Below, in pieces: positions 25,618-40,472 of a stretch of DNA of 64,000 nucleotides. Source of the stretch: Felis catus. Lineage: Eukaryota. The first letter of the stretch is position 1. Each line of letters opens with the position of its first letter. The DNA lies in the NCBI RefSeq assembly GCF_018350175.1, contig NC_058368.1, positions 11,160,001 through 11,224,000 on the forward strand. The letters are read 5' to 3'. Position numbers and translations under genes: made by a program. Below the pieces are notes generated by a model. The model did not search any database, was not told the DNA's origin, and saw only the letters and a program-made list of their open reading frames with translations.

Positions 25618-28534
25618 AAAAAGTACATGTCAGTCACAGTTGGTGAGACCCACCTGGGTTGGGGTTGAGTCTTGTCTAATGCATGGCATCAAGATCTCAG
25701 TAGGTTTTATTTTTTAATAAATATTTTTTTAATAAAATTTTTAAATAAATTTTTAAATAAGTAACATCTTTCAGATATTAAAAAATTCTCTTTTTTGGAC
25801 AAACACAATCAAGTGAGAGAGAGGAAAAAATTTAAGTTTAAGGTAACTTTAGTTCAAGGAAACATGATTCTCCTCAGGAGGAAACCTGGATCCTATATAA
25901 ATATTTCCTTTTCGGGGAGAGGGTCAAGGAATATATGTTCCTTTTGAAAGGGAAAGGTCTATTGAAGTTTCATTGCCTTCACGGACTGAGATTTGTCACT
26001 ATTTCCTTATTACAGTGAGGAAGCTGAAGTATACGGAATTTAGTTACTCATTCAGCACAAATGACTTTGATTTAATTTTAGACGCCCCTGTTCTTTAAAA
26101 GCCCTTTCAGCCATCCTGTCACATGAGATGTTTTTCAAACAGTATTCTTCAACCTGTGGTCCTCTTGCTGGCTCCTTTCTCCTTCTCTTCTCCCCTCTGT
26201 CCTTTCAAATTCCCTTCCACAATGTCCCCGGAATTTCGTCCTCTTCTCTGTCTGTTGTATAGAGCAATTCTGATCTTTCCAGCTCCTAAACTTTCCAGGT
26301 TCTAAACTCTTCTTCAGGCCTGTTATTGCATAGCCAAAACCAATCAAGGTGCTCATCCAAATCAAAGGACCTTCTGAGACTACTTCCTTTAAGCCCGTGG
26401 TCCGCACAAGAGTACATGAGAACCATCTGCAAATCGTTTAAAATTAAATTCAGATGCTGGTTCAACAGTTTGGGATTGACCTAGAAACACTTATATTGAG
26501 TCATGATTTGATTCTGATAGATCTCCAGCTCATTCTTTGGGAAACCCTGTGGTACAATGAGATTTCTCCTCTACTGGAGGCAGTTGGAGTCCAGATAGCA
26601 GGGCTTTTTCTCCTTTACGTATAGAGAGGGTATCTTATTCTCAAAAAATGCCTGCAGAGACCCCCACTATGACTGGAGTTAAACATCTTCCCATTGTTTG
26701 ATTGCTCAGCCCACCCTATGGTAAAGCCAGAGATCACTCTCATTAGAAGCTCTGTCAAACTCGGGTAGACTCATTAGCAGGGGATAAGACTCGTGTTTCC
26801 TGTCTTAAGAGGATTTCTCTTGTCTGAAATGTTTGTGTTCACTTGAACAGGCTCAGTGACCCATGTAGCTAAGTCACATAGAGGACAAAGCTTGCTCTCG
26901 GACAGCCCAGAGGACTTTGCTTACCATCCATCTTCCAATGGTGTTTGACAGAAGACAGTCAGTCTTCAAGGATCAGGAAGGAGGACCATTTGGGATTAGG
27001 ACAGTTCCACATTCTATAATTTTAACACCCAGAGTAGTTTGTGATTTAGGTGGCATTATTGAAGAAGGGTAGCTTTGTTTCAACTCCATTTACAATATAG
27101 CTGTGTCTCTTTCAAAAGATCACTTAAATACGAGAATCAGAAACCGATCAGAGGGTCATTATAAAGTATTTAAATTATCCATGCTATGAATTAATAAATT
27201 ATATGAGGCATTTTAAGTAGTCTGTTTTACAAAAATGTGCACACTCCTCAGAAAGATATCAACCCTATTGTGTTAAGAAATACATATATCTATATTATTC
27301 TTTCTAATAAGTTTACTATCTTTTTTCATGCTTCTGTCATCTTTTTACCTTTGTTCTTAGCTCTTTGAATAGAAGAGCTAAATTGTGTATTTTTTTTCTG
27401 TTGTTGTTGTTGTTGTTGCCCCGAAACATTTTACCCAATGATTTCAGCCCGTAGTAGGTGTTCAGCAAAATGCTTATGTCCCACCCAGAGCTATGCATAC
27501 TCTCCCCTCTTCCACAAGCAGTGTGTGAATCTAAGTAAGTGATTTAACCACCCTGTGTTTCTGTGAATATGCCCTGTAAAGTAAGATAAAGACAGTAGCC
27601 ACTGCCAAGAATCTCTACTCTTTGAGGACCCCTCTGGAATCTGGAACTGCATCTCTGAAGTAGTTCTCTCATCCACTGGGAGATTTCTACAAAACAATGA
27701 GTTCTGCATTTTATTTTTGATAGGGCATCTCTCATGGCCCCTTTGCGTTCAGAATCAAGCCTACACTCTCGAGGACAGTGTTGAGGGCCCAGCAGCCCTC
27801 CTAGCTTGGCTCCTGCTCAGATGAAAGGCTTCATCCCTGCCTCGGCCCCTTCCACATGCTGCTGTAGGCCCACCGACCACTGGCTGCTCTCCGGCCCTGC
27901 TGGCCTTTCACTGGCACAGGTCTGGGGTCTCCACACAGCCTTCCTCCATCTGCCCACCGTGCTTTTCCCTGTCCTATTCTATGTCAAGGCTGAGCTCACA
28001 GGTCACCTTATCATTCAAACTGTCCCTTACAGTCCCACTCCCAGATAATTTGGTTGAGTCCCACCTTTTGTTCCCTGGGACTTTGCACATGGTGCTATGA
28101 TAGTGTTCAATTCTGTACATGTCCGTTGTTATCACCACCCTCTCTGCCCAGGCTCCAAGCCTTTTGAAGGTAGAAACTGTAACCTGCGAATGAATGAACG
28201 AGTGAATGCTTTGCCTGTCTTAACTGCCTGGTTTGTCTCAGCCATCAGTAACAAGCACAGAGCTAAATTATTTCCTAAGAGGCAGTAGTCTTTCTTTGCA
28301 TTCATTCCCTGGTGAAAGTGGTTTCCTCTACTCTCTCCTGTCTCCAAATCTCTTATCACCTGGATTCCTGTTATTGTCCTTTTACTTTAATATATCCCAG
28401 TTCCACAAGATCTCTTTGCTTATATTACTAGCTCCTTTAAATCCTTCATGGATTTAATTAAGTGATAAGTATAATACAATATCCTTTGAGCATTATCCGA
28501 GGTAAATAACATTTTTCCTTCACGGGCAGCCTCC

Positions 28535-28741
28535 TTTTTTTTAATTTTTTTTTAAGAGAGAGAGAGAGAGAGCACAAGAGGGAGAGGGGCAGAGAGAGAG
28601 GGGGAGACACAGAATCAGAAGCAGACTCCAGGCTCTGAGCTGTCAGCACAGAGCCCGACATGGGGCTCGACCTCACGGACAGCGAGATCATGACTTGAGC
28701 CAATGTCGGACGCTTAACCAACTGAGCCACCCAGGCGCCCC
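28535..28741 (-). mobile_element. CAN-SINE
   Basis: Flanking repeat ggcagcctcctttt. Confidence 0.95.
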
Positions 28742-31669
28742 ATGGCAGCCTCCTTTTTTTTTCCCCCAATTTCTCTTTCCCACTTACTGTATCCTGGGTG
28801 AAGCTGATGTCAGCTCTCCCCCCTGTCCATCCAGTTGCCTAATGGTTTGGAATCATTATTCTTTCATAATTTGTTTTGCCTCAGCATACATAATTGACTA
28901 CAATTACTTGACTGTTTCATTTTGGCTAATGTAGATTTGCAGACTCAGAGCTTTGCCATGCACCTCACTTTTGCTGGTGTCATTATGCATGCTGCAGTTG
29001 CAGGGACCGTAGTGGCATTTTGTGCAAACAGTATGGACGGGTTAAGTAGAAAGAATGAAAAGAGACCCAACCCAAAGTGATCATCAGAGGATAAAAGTGA
29101 ATATCCTAAAATCCTTAGCGCAGTAACAAGTGTATTCAGCTTTTGCATTAAATAATTGGGCATAGAGTCTCATTCCTAAGGAAGCTTGCTGAATTGATGG
29201 TCCCTTGATGTAGGGAACTGATTGTTTACCTGATGAAGCAACATACAAATATCTCAGGAAGAACCAGCTTTACAACTGAAAGCCAACTCCTTAGGGCAAA
29301 GACTTTATATGTTTGGCACAATTACACTTATTGTTCAGCAGTGCTGGATAAATATTTAATAACTGTTCCTCCACACCTATTCCTGGCAGGTCCAGCCTTC
29401 CTGACCTGTCATGTCCATAATCAAATATGTATTTCCACATTCATCATTTGAGGTGTGGTGCCACTTTTAGGCTGGTTTCTCTGGGATGTTGCCATCTTCT
29501 CTAGGGTTGGGGTGTGCTCTCGGTGCCTGGGACATAGATAATTAGCCATGAATATCAAACAGTACTCTCTTTTTTCCCCCTTGCTTTTAAAACTCTCTTT
29601 ATTTTTAGAGCTAGATGACTTACAGAGTGAGCTGTATTTTCTCCTGAAGGCAAAGCAGTCACTTTTTTCTGAGTTTGTGCTAAGACCCTGGCTTCATCAT
29701 CTGGGCTCTGTGACTAACTGTAACTCCAACTTGACTTTGGGCAGCTCGCTTTGCCTCTCAGGAGGACAGCTTGCTCATCTGAAAGAGATTCTCTTGGGCT
29801 GTTCAAAAATGTTCTTTCTGGCCCCCAAGTTCTAGTGTATTGCCTATTTCCAGATGTAATATTTGTGCTTGTTTACTCAGAAGAAATAAGTTAGTTCACT
29901 TGTAAGTCTACCTCCCTAGAGAATTCAAAAAATGTTCTATTACTTAAATACTGGATCTGTTACCTGATTTTCTTTTCTTTAAGAGGAATTTACCCGATAT
30001 TAATTACATAGAAGCAGGGGATCATTGTGGTGGCAACAGATGTGAATTTCAAAACACATACGTGTAGAATAGCCTGGCTGTTGAATTACATGGATTTTAA
30101 AAGAACGACAACATTTAAAGTGACCAGAAAGAACAAAATCTACTGGTTCTGGGTGACAGAGGTCTGCTAATTGTGTGGTTGTGTGAACTCCGTCTCTTGG
30201 TTTCTTTATTAGTAAAATGGGAATCTTATCTTTCTGTTTACCAAAGAAGGAGAAAGAAGGCAAAGACTTCAAGGTCCATTGCAGTTACAAGAGTTTCCAC
30301 TGGAAACTTCCCGTATAAAAAGGTACTGTTCAGGCTGGTGCTTCCAGTTTTCTGACCGCGGGAGAGCCTTCGTCTTTGCCCGCTCGAACTTTCTGTTTCA
30401 GCTGCTCTCTTGACGTTTGCCCCCCACTTCCTTATGTCTGGAGCCACCATCTTTGTTCATGCAAAATGTTATTTGTAGTTGTTGCAGCAACCCTGATCAG
30501 CCCTCAGAACGATTTAATCTGTTGTTTGCTTCCATTAACCACTTCTTCCAAAGGCCCGAGTTGATCTGCCAAAAGGGTAGTCGTTAAGCCTCCATCAAAA
30601 TGCTGTGCAAACCCACTTAGTTTTTCTCACCTTGTCTTCCTCTCCTATCCGGGAGTTCCCAATCTGCAGAAGTTTTGTTTGTGCATGCTCAGGTTTCCAT
30701 GGGCGACTCAGGTAAACTGGAAAATTCTGTGGCCCTGGTCAAGATCAGGATCATTTCTACCCGTAATCACTTTTACTTTTCTGAAGTTCAAACAAATCAT
30801 TCAGGGAAGTGAACCCCAGTTAGCAGGAGCACAGAGAGCTCTGGTTCAACTGAACCTTCGCAATTAGATAAACCCCAACACCCAACAATAACTTTTGTGC
30901 TTCCCGCTGCAATGATTTATACCAATTTTAGTCTCATGTTTAAATTACTAATATTACATGTTATCGCATGAATACACCCAGCATTGACACTGTTTTTAAG
31001 TGCAGTATATCGTATTTATCTTTCTGAATGCCTTCAAAAATGCATACTTCCTCCATGGAGTCCCCAAATACTAATTTGGAGCTTTCCATCATTGATTAGG
31101 ATCACCTTGCCTAATTCAATTTTCATTTCTATATTAGTAGATCTTGTAATATTTATTGTTATGATTATTTTTCCACATTGATTCTTTCCCCTCCCCCCCC
31201 ATGGCTGTTATTCATAGAAAAATCACACACGGAATCATTCATTCATTCATTCACTCGCTCATTCGTTGTATAAATACTATTTGAGTACCTACTACCAATC
31301 AGGAAGTAGACTATTACTTTTTCATAAGTATTAGTCTTCTACTATTATTATAGAGCTATCTATTCTTCCCTTCAGTTCTATCAATATTTGCTTCATATTT
31401 TTTGGAGCTCTGATGTTTCGTACATATATTATTATTCTATCTTCTTGCTGAACTAAGGTTTTTACATGTGTCCTTCTTTGTCTATTGTAACAGTTTTTGA
31501 CTTCAAATTATTTTGTCAACTATTAGTATGCCACCCCTACTCTCTTTTAGTTACTATTTGAATTGACCATCTTTTTCCATCTTTTCACTTTCAATCTATT
31601 TGTGTTCTTAGATCCTCAATTCCAAAGTCTCTTGTAGACAGCACAGAGTTGGATCCTTTTTAAAAAAAA

Positions 31670-31889
31670 AAAACAAAAACGTTTATTTATTTATTTTGAG
31701 GGAGAAAGAGAGTGAAAGAGAGCAGGGGAGGGGCAGAGAGAGAGAGAGAGAGAGAGAGAGAATCCCAAGCAGGTTCTACGCTGTCAGCACAGAGCCCAAC
31801 ATGGGGCTCCATCCCATAAACCATGAGACCATGATGTGAGCCCAAATCAAGAGTGGGGCACTTAACCAACTGAGCCACCCAGACACCCC
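31670..31889 (-). mobile_element. CAN-SINE
   Basis: Antisense full structure. Confidence 0.93.
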
Positions 31890-32329
31890 AGATCCTGGTT
31901 TTTTATTTTTTTAATCCATTATGTCAGTCTACATCTTTTGTTTGAAAAGTTCAATCCATTTATTGCAATTACTGGTAGGGGAGGGCTTACTATTGCCTGT
32001 TATTTTGTTATTATTTTTTTTTCTGTAAGTCTTATGGCTTTTTGTCCTCGTTTCCTTCGTTGATGTTCAGTTGATATTTTTGCAGTGGCCTGTTTTGATT
32101 TCCTTCTCATTTCCTCTCATATATATTTTATAGATATTTTCTTTGTGGTTTCCATGGGGATTATCTAAACTATCCTCAAGTCATAGCAATCTATTTGAAA
32201 CTGGTGACTTCATTTGCAGACAAAAACTCTACTTATTTACATCTCTGCCTGCCCCTCAGCTTACATTATCGATGCCACAGATTATATCTTTATTTTTTTG
32301 TACCCATTAACATAGATTTATGATTACTT

Positions 32330-32548
32330 AAAAAAAATTTGTTAATGTGTATTTATTATTGAGAGACAGAGAGAGACAGAGTGTGAGCAGGGGAGGGGCA
32401 GAGAGAGAGGGAGACACAGAATCCGAAGCAGGTTCCAGGCTCTGAGCTGTCAGTACAGAGCCTGACGTGGGGCTCGAACTCACAAACTGCGAGATCATGA
32501 CCTGAGCTGAAGACGGACGCTTCACTGACTGAGCCACCCAGGCGCCCC
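32330..32548 (-). mobile_element. CAN-SINE
   Basis: Flanking repeat tgattactt. Confidence 0.95.
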
Positions 32549-33409
32549 TGATTACTTTTTTACTCATTAGTCTTTAACTCCATAAAAGAAAAAAACAGCG
32601 GAGTTACAAACCAAAATTACAATAATTCACATTTTTGTATTTGTCCATATATAGATTTTTGCCAGACGACTTGTATATTCATGTTGTTTCAGGTTGCTGT
32701 CGAGTGTCCTTTTATTTCAACTTGAAAGACTCCCATTAGCATTTCTTGTAGGCCAGGTCTACTGTTAACTCCTTCGACTTGTATTTATCTGGGGATATCT
32801 TCATTTCTCTCTCATTTTCGAAGAGCAGTTTTGTCAGATATAGTATTCTCAGTTGACAGTTTTTCCTCCTAGTACTTGAACTATATCATCCTACTGCTTT
32901 CTAACCTGCAACATTTCTGTTGAGAAACCCACCAAGAATCTTACTGAAGATCCCTAGCCATGACGAGTCACTTTTCTCTGGCTGCTTTTAAGATTCTCTC
33001 TTTGTCCTTGACTTTCTACAGTTTGATTATCATGTGTCTCAGGGTGGGTCTGTTTGTGTTTATTCTACTTAGAGTTTGTTAAGATTCTTGTATCTGTGGC
33101 TCTCCTCAAAGTTGGGACAGTTTTACTGTTTTTCCTTCAAATAAATTCCCTGCCCTTTTCTCCCTCTCTTCTCCTTGTGGGACTCTCACGATGCATATAT
33201 TGATGTGTTTGGTGTTATCTCAAAAGTCCTTTTAATTTTCTTCAGTCTTGTTTCTTTTTCTTCCTCAGACTCAACATTTCAAATGACTCATCTTAAAGTT
33301 TTCTGATTCTCTTTTTCTGTCTATTTAAATCTGTTCTTGAACCCCTCTAGTGAATTTTTCAATTCATTTCTTGTTTTATTCATCTTTATAATTTTAGTTT
33401 GCTTCTTTC

Positions 33410-33613
33410 TTTTATGTTTGTTTATTTTTGAGAGAGAGGGAGAGAGCGAGCACGCACAAACAGGGGAGGGGCAGAGAGAGAGGGAGACACAGAATCGAAG
33501 CAGGCTCCAGGCTCTGAGCTGTCAGCACAGAGCCCGACGTGGGACTGGAACCCACAAACTGAGATCATGAACTGAAGTCGGACGCTCAACCGACTGAGCC
33601 ACCCAGGTGCCCC
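33410..33613 (-). mobile_element. CAN-SINE
   Basis: Flanking repeat tagtttg(c/g)ttcttt. Confidence 0.93.
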
Positions 33614-36144
33614 TAGTTTGGTTCTTTTTAATAACTTTGATCTCTTTGTTGATGGCCTCATTTTATCCCTGAATTGTTTTCCTGAATTTGTTTAGTTGTC
33701 TGTGTTCTCCTTTATCTTATTGAGAATACTTTAAAAAAAAAAATGTTTTAAAGTCTTTGTGAGGCTCAAGGCCTGTGTTTCTTTAGGGTTAGTTTCTGGA
33801 GATTTATTTTGTTCCTTTGAATGGGCTGTGTTTACCTCTTTCTTTGTGTGTCTTGTGATCTTTTGTTGAAAATGAGGCATTTGAAAAACTTTTTTCTCAG
33901 CCAGTCCTAGTAAACTGGCTCTGTGCAGAGGAAGATCACTGATTAGCCTGCCACAAAGATTCGAGGCCCTCTCAGCCTTTTTCCGGAATATATGTTTTCC
34001 CTGGGCCTGTGCATATGCTTTTTCTTCTCCAACTCGCGTGTATACCCAGCTGCTTTTAAATCTCTTCACTTTCCCTCGAGTTTCACCCCTGCTCATTCTC
34101 AGGATTTCACATATCCTCCTGTCCTCCTCTACCTGAAATCTCTTGCCCAGGTGTCCAGGGATCTGCCGTCCCTTGAAGCCCTCACAGGCCACTACATCAC
34201 CCCTGCCTCGGCAGCTTCCAGCCTGATGTCCAAAACATGCCTCCATTCCCATCAGTGTCCTGAGCAGGCCAGACGGAAACCAGTCCCTCCGACAAGCCAG
34301 AATGTTGCAAGCAAATTCCACTCTTTCCTCCTGTCCTGGGCAAGGGACCGGGAATTGGGTGGCATCCTCCTGACCACGTCATGCTGCACTGGGGAGAGGG
34401 TAAGGGCAGGCAAAAATGCCACGAAATATCCTATAGTTTTGAGTGTGACCTTTTCTTGGCCAGACATTCACTTGGTTGCCAGCTTCTTGACTAGTTTCCC
34501 GAGTTCCCACAAAGCTACTTGGGGCCCTATATTGTTGTTCATTTGGTATTTCGGTGGGAGAACAGGGGCCTGGAGCTTCCTAGTCTGTCACCTTGCTGAC
34601 ATCACCCTTGCTCATAGGTAACTCGTAATCCAGACACAGAACAAGAATGACATCAATGTTTGTGGTTTAGAAAAAATAGCTCTTGAGATTACACATCCTT
34701 GTGTCAAAGAAAGTAAACTTCAGAACCAGAGAAACCATTAGCAACCTGGGTGCTAGGCTAGGTGAGAAATGGAAAGAGCCTGAGCTAAGACAGAGACGTA
34801 CATTCAAGATCTATGAAAGAGTTATGGTCCGAAGACTCATTAGCCTCCTGGAAGCCTGGGCCAGAGATGTAATGATGGAGGAGACATGGAATCAAGAAAT
34901 AGACTGGTAGATTCCAGGAAGTCTGTGATTTTCGTCAAGTTCCTTGGCCGTTCTGAATTTCATTTCCTCATCTATAAAATAGGGTGGTTCTGAAGTTTAA
35001 AAGAGATAACACATGTCAGTGCTTCGTGTATAGCAGGCAACTAATAAGAATTTCTTTTTTTCTCATCCCCCTACGTGTAACCAGTATTACGAGATTGTGC
35101 AGTTTGGTGAATGGTGATACTATTAACTGAATAGGAAAAGCATAAGCCAATCTTTTAAATCCCGGGTTTGTTGGTTTGATTGTTTGTTTGTTTTTAACTC
35201 CTACTCTGCAGTGATGATATACGTTAGGCAGGTTCTATATAAAGAAGAGTTTGCATGCATATTTATCTTTCCCAAACAAGCTGTCCTAAATTTCCTAAAA
35301 TTATTATCTTATTCCCAGAATGTTCTCCAAAAATGAAGCAGGAAGCAAGGTCGCTTTTAGCACACTGGTTGGTTCCAGGTTATTCTGTAAATTTGGAGCT
35401 AAGTGGTAAAAATAATTTGTCTCCTGGCTCTTGAACCAAGGCTTTGTTACTGTTACCAACTCTGAGGCTTTTAGAAAATCCTGTGAGACTTTTCTCCAGA
35501 TGATTCTAATTTGACAGATTAACAGCTATGTAAATATATGTGTGCATTCATGATGACAGTTTGAATGTTATGTTTAGCGATTATGAAAGGAAAATAGAAA
35601 AAGGGATTTCGCCTTGCCTTCTTTTCCCCTTAAAGTACTGACCTTTTAATAAAATTGTGTTTCTATAAGCCAAGATTCAAATTGCTATCAATCCTAGAAA
35701 ATATAAGCTCTCATGCAACTACTGTTTCATGCGGACTATATATCTAGCTTTACAAATCATAATGTAGTGGCTTGTAACGGATGATGAAGAACAATTTTAG
35801 AACCTATTCTTGAGATATTTTAGAAAAATCAAGATGATGTGTTTACCCCTTGATACCCCTTGATACAACTAAACAAATCAAGTTTAGTTACGATCTATGC
35901 ATCAGACTTTAGAAGATGATAATTATATATCCAGATATTCCATTCTGATAGGAGACAAATCTTTTGGCTTGTAAAAGATGAAAGTTGAGAAGTTGGGGAA
36001 ATGCCCGAATCAAGCTGGGGAAGTGAGGAAAGCGACTAGTACAACTGTGCCCCCATGCTCTGTCCTACAAGTCACACCCCACCTTCCCACACCAGCAAGA
36101 AATGGAATTTTCCAGAGTCCTGAATTTGATTAATCATGTTGTAT

Positions 36145-36346
36145 GTTTTTTTTTTAATTTGTTTATTTATTTTGAGAGAAAGGGCACAAGTGGGCAAGGG
36201 GCAGAGAGAGAAGGAGTGAGAGAATCCCAAGCAGGTCCCACCCCATCAGCACAGAGCCTGACGACTCAGGGCTTGACCCACAAACCACGAGATCATGACC
36301 CGAGCCGAAGTCAGATGGTTAACCAACTGAGCCACCCAAGTGCCCC
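36145..36346 (-). mobile_element. CAN-SINE
   Basis: Antisense structure. Confidence 0.92.
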
Positions 36347-38034
36347 AATCGTACTGTATGTTTTGAATTATTTTCAAGAAGAACAAAAGGCATAAAAATA
36401 TTAAGTAGCAGCATCTAATTCTTTTCTTCTCCTCATCCTTTTGCTGTGGTGCATCGCTGTATCTTGTCTCTTACCTAGTGAAGTAGTCAGATTTGTCAGC
36501 AAAATGTTACCTCCCACAGAAGAAGTAAGAATCACATGTTTTTCTACCGGCAATGATGAAACACTGATGGGCTTCGTGTTATAATTCATTGTTACACACG
36601 TCGAGATGTATTTTTGTTTAGCAAAGTCCAGATAGTGGGAAAGACACAGTTGTCCGGTGGGTGTGTCTTTGTCTATTTTAACAGGTGAGACTGTGTTATT
36701 CAGAGACTTTATTCAAGTCCATTGTAGGGCTGCATTTCTCAGAGATGACACATGGACATGTACAGACACAGATAATAGTTTTGTCTTATAAAGCCTTATC
36801 TTTGAAAGACCTGGCTCAGATGGTAAGATTGCCTCATGGAGTCCCGATGTAATTGAGGCAGGTGCCCATCGAGGTAACGGCTGGCTTCCCAAACTCACTC
36901 CTACACTCCAGGTATACTGAACTCCAACCAGGAACTGAAACCTGTGCACCATTTCTTCACCATTTGCACCTCCTATGCCACCATCCATGCACCTTCCCTC
37001 TCCTCCGTGCTGTCCCCACTGGCTAAAATTGACTTTGTCCCTCCCTGCTCCATCAGTGCCCCAATTGTCCTAAAATTTTCAGCCTCCTTCAGAACCTGAT
37101 ACGCATTGAGCCCTTCTGGAAAGCTGGAAAACCCTTCTGGAAAGCCCTTCACATTCATGCTGAGTTGTATCCCTTTGTAAGTACTCCTTAGAGCCTTCTG
37201 CCAACCTTGGTTATGATGCTCTAGTCACTTATCTGTCTCCCCCATTGGAGAGTGAACTCCTTGAGGATAAAAGCTGTTTCTTTTTTAATTAAAAATACCT
37301 ACAATACTGCCTGACACCTAGGCATGACTCAATAAATGTGTGAGCTTTTTAAAAATATAATTTATTGTCCAATTGGCTAACATACAGTATGTAAAGTATG
37401 CTCTTGGTTTTGGGGGTAGATTCCCATGGTTCATCCAAAAAGTGTGTGTAAAATGAGTAAGTGGCAAATGCTTGAATGATTCTATCCTGGTCTGTAAATG
37501 GAATATTGACATGTGTATGCCAGGGTCATAGCTAACTCTTCCCAAGTTCCTTCCATGTGCCAGGCATGGTGTTGCACTTTTTTTGAGGCATTTGCTCATC
37601 TAATCCTCCTAAAGACTCCATGATGGACATATCTTTATTTTCCCTGTTCTGTAAATGAGACATTGAGACACAGAGAGTTCAAATAACAAGACCATACCAC
37701 ACACACAGATTTCAGTCTTAGATTTGTTGAGCCCATTACAATCAGTCTGTATTTGAAGTTATATGGCTCCTAATAAGAATGTGTCAAAATTATCTATGCT
37801 GAAAGAATAGCTACAAACCTTACTTTTACTGTATTGTTTGTACAAGTAGAGAAAAGAAAAACGAATCATCTAAAATCCTGAACACAAAAACTTGTGTTAT
37901 CCGTAAATATTTTCTTTCATTTTCTTCATTTTTTTATTAAAAAAATTTTAAGTCCTATATATACATAATTTTTATCTTAATATAGATTGTATTCATATTT
38001 ATGTTAATACCTTGTCCTCATAACCATAATTATG

Positions 38035-38140
38035 TGTGAAAGCTCCAGGCTCCAAGCTGTCAGCTCAGAGCCCGAACCCACGAGCCATGAGATCATGACC
38101 TGAGCCGAAGTCAGATGCTTAACCAACTGAGCCACCTGAC
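38035..38140 (-). mobile_element. CAN-SINE fragment lacking its tail
   Basis: gctccaggctccaagctgtcagc...ccaactgagccacc. Confidence 0.85.
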
Positions 38141-39107
38141 TGTCCTCATTTTACATGAGGACACTGAATCTCTGATGTGTGTGATGATACTATTCCAGGT
38201 GCGTCGATATGCTTAGCCAGTTACCTACTCTTGGACATTTGTTTCTCTCTAACAATACTATGGTGAAAGTATTTGTGTATGTTGGGGATCTCTTTTGATG
38301 TTTCCTTAGCTTTTCAGAAAGGGAATTTCAGCACGAAAGCCACACCAATTATTTAACAGGAAAATAACCAAGGGGCTCAGGCATTCAGCATTTGTGTGGT
38401 TTCTGGAGGCCCTAGACATAGGAGAAAAGACTAGCTGTGATAGGGTCCTTGGGCTGACCCTCGTTAACTGGGCATCCTGCCTTGTGGGGATGTGTCCCGG
38501 ATCCAACAATCAAGACAGAGAACAGCGTGAGGAAGAACCCATAGTCCCCGCCTCTTTAGAATACAGAATGGAATCTGGTGAAATCTGTCACGGCTACAAA
38601 TAAAAGTTAGGGGGAGATTGTCAAGACAGGGCCATGTGCATCGTGTGAGGTCTGTGGAAGAGAGGAAGTAGCCCTGGACTGAAACCTTGCCTGAATTGTT
38701 TCACGGTCTTTGCCGGAACTTAATGTTGAAAGCCTCGGCGATTTAAAATGCAAACAAACAAAAAACGCCAGCTAGCGTAACTGATGTCTGCTTCCTGGCA
38801 CGGGTGACTCCAGAGCCATTGTGGATCCGGACTTCTTGAGACAGTTCGGAGAGAACACTGTCACTTATGTGATGATAAGGATCATTTCCCTTTTTGTAGT
38901 TTAGGTGCCAGAATTTAGCATAACGCTTGCTACATACTAGGTGCCGAATAAATATTTGCCAAACGAAGGCATAGGTGGGGTAGAGAGCCTGTGTGCTTTG
39001 GCCTCAGAAAGATTTGTCACTTACCTCTATCACTTACTGACTGTCTGGACTTGGACAAATGGCTTCACCTCTCAGAGCTTCAGTGTCCTCATGTAAAATG
39101 AGGACAG

Positions 39108-39318
39108 TCAGGTGGCTCAGTTGGTTAAGCATCCGACTTCGGCTCAGGTCACGATCTCATGGCTCGTGGGTTCGAGCCCTGCATCGGGCTCTGAGCTGGC
39201 AGCTTGCAGCCTGGAGCTTTTCAGATTCTGTGTCTCGCTCTCTCTCTCTGTCCCTCCCTGCTTGTGCTCTCTCTCTCTCTCTCGAAAATAAATAAATAAA
39301 CGTTAAAAGTATTTTTTA
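39108..39318 (+). mobile_element. 5'-truncated CAN-SINE inserted in a MIR
   Basis: Flanking repeat atgaggaca; MIR core (ttggacaaatggcttcacctctcagagcttcag) immediately upstream. Confidence 0.9.
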
Positions 39319-39959
39319 CATGAGGACAATCTAATTTACTTTGCCTGGTGGTTTATACATTGTTTGGAATGTAATGATTAGTAGGAGGTAATCACATGGG
39401 GAAAATCCAAACATTGCCTATGGCAGAACAATGTCTTAGGTAATAGAAATTAAATAGGTAAGAAGATGGGAGAGAAGTGTGCAGGAATAGTGTGCAGGGA
39501 TAGAGAAGTGTGCAGGGAGAGAAGCTGCAGGAAGAATAGGAAAAAGGTGTGGCAGGAACTCACCAGAAATATAATTGAAAGAACCAGCATTTCTAATTCT
39601 TACAAAACTGACTAGTTATTTTCCACCTGTTGACATCTTAGGCCCTTCTGTGGGTAATCTCATTTTTTTTTTCATTTGGCTTCTTATATACCTCTAGATA
39701 TGTTACACCTCAAATAAAAGACAGATTTTATAACAGGGATTCTGAAGTATTGTCTTTAGTAGATCCTGCTGCTTTTTGGAACATTATGAAATTTACTTTG
39801 AAACTCTCATCTGGTCTGCAGAGTGCTTCCTAGAAATCTCTTTAGAAGATTAATTTGGCATAAAAAGAAATTACAGTTTGATACGAATTTTAGAATCCTA
39901 ATTTATTCCTTGTTTTATTAGTCTAAAAATGGAGTCGTGTACTCCATTTAAGCACGGAT

Positions 39960-39962
<3 letters not shown>

Positions 39963-40003
<41 letters not shown>

Positions 40004-40040
40004 CAAGCGCATGTGCGTGCGCTCGCGCGCATGCGTGTGT
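39963..40040. repeat. (TG)n plus (CG)-rich alternating tract
   Basis: Directly visible. Confidence 0.95.
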
Positions 40041-40274
40041 ACTTTGGTAAAATAGTGTTGCGTAGTGGAACTACTGGGTGAGGACTCTGAGAGAACACAA
40101 ACTGAAGGACAGCCAGAACAACAACACTCTGAGCTCTTCCCGTGGTGATCTTCTCAAAGGCTCCTTCTTACTCCTGATGTGTCATGTTCCAGGATAGCTA
40201 GCAAGGCTGAACCTCCTGTAGAGCCTTTTTTTCTGATTTTTCAAGCATTCTTCCATCATTTAAACAGCACGTCC

Positions 40275-40472
40275 GGGAGCACCTGGGTGGCGCAGTCGGT
40301 TGAGTGTCCGGCTTTGGCTCAGGTCACGATCTCGTGGTTCGTTGAGTTCGAGCCCCACCTCGGGCTCGCTGCTGTCACCCTTTGCCCGCTTTGGATCCTC
40401 TGTTCCCTTCTCTCTGCCTCTCCCCTGCTTGCATTCTCCTCCCCTAAATAAATAAATATTAACATAAATAAA
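40275..40472 (+). mobile_element. CAN-SINE
   Basis: Flanking repeat taaacagc. Confidence 0.92.

Larger units (their letters stand above)
31320..34610 (-). mobile_element. Old L1 5' portion (ORF2 start, ORF1, 5'UTR-like), interrupted by three SINEs
   Basis: Antisense L1 motifs such as ttagcatttcttgtagg, cttttctctggctgcttttaagattctctctttgtc and ttgaacccctctagtgaattt. Confidence 0.75.

Noticed and set aside
33731..34621. 196 and 209 aa overlapping ORFs
   Set aside because: They fall in the 5' region of an old L1 relic, and no protein family is recognisable.
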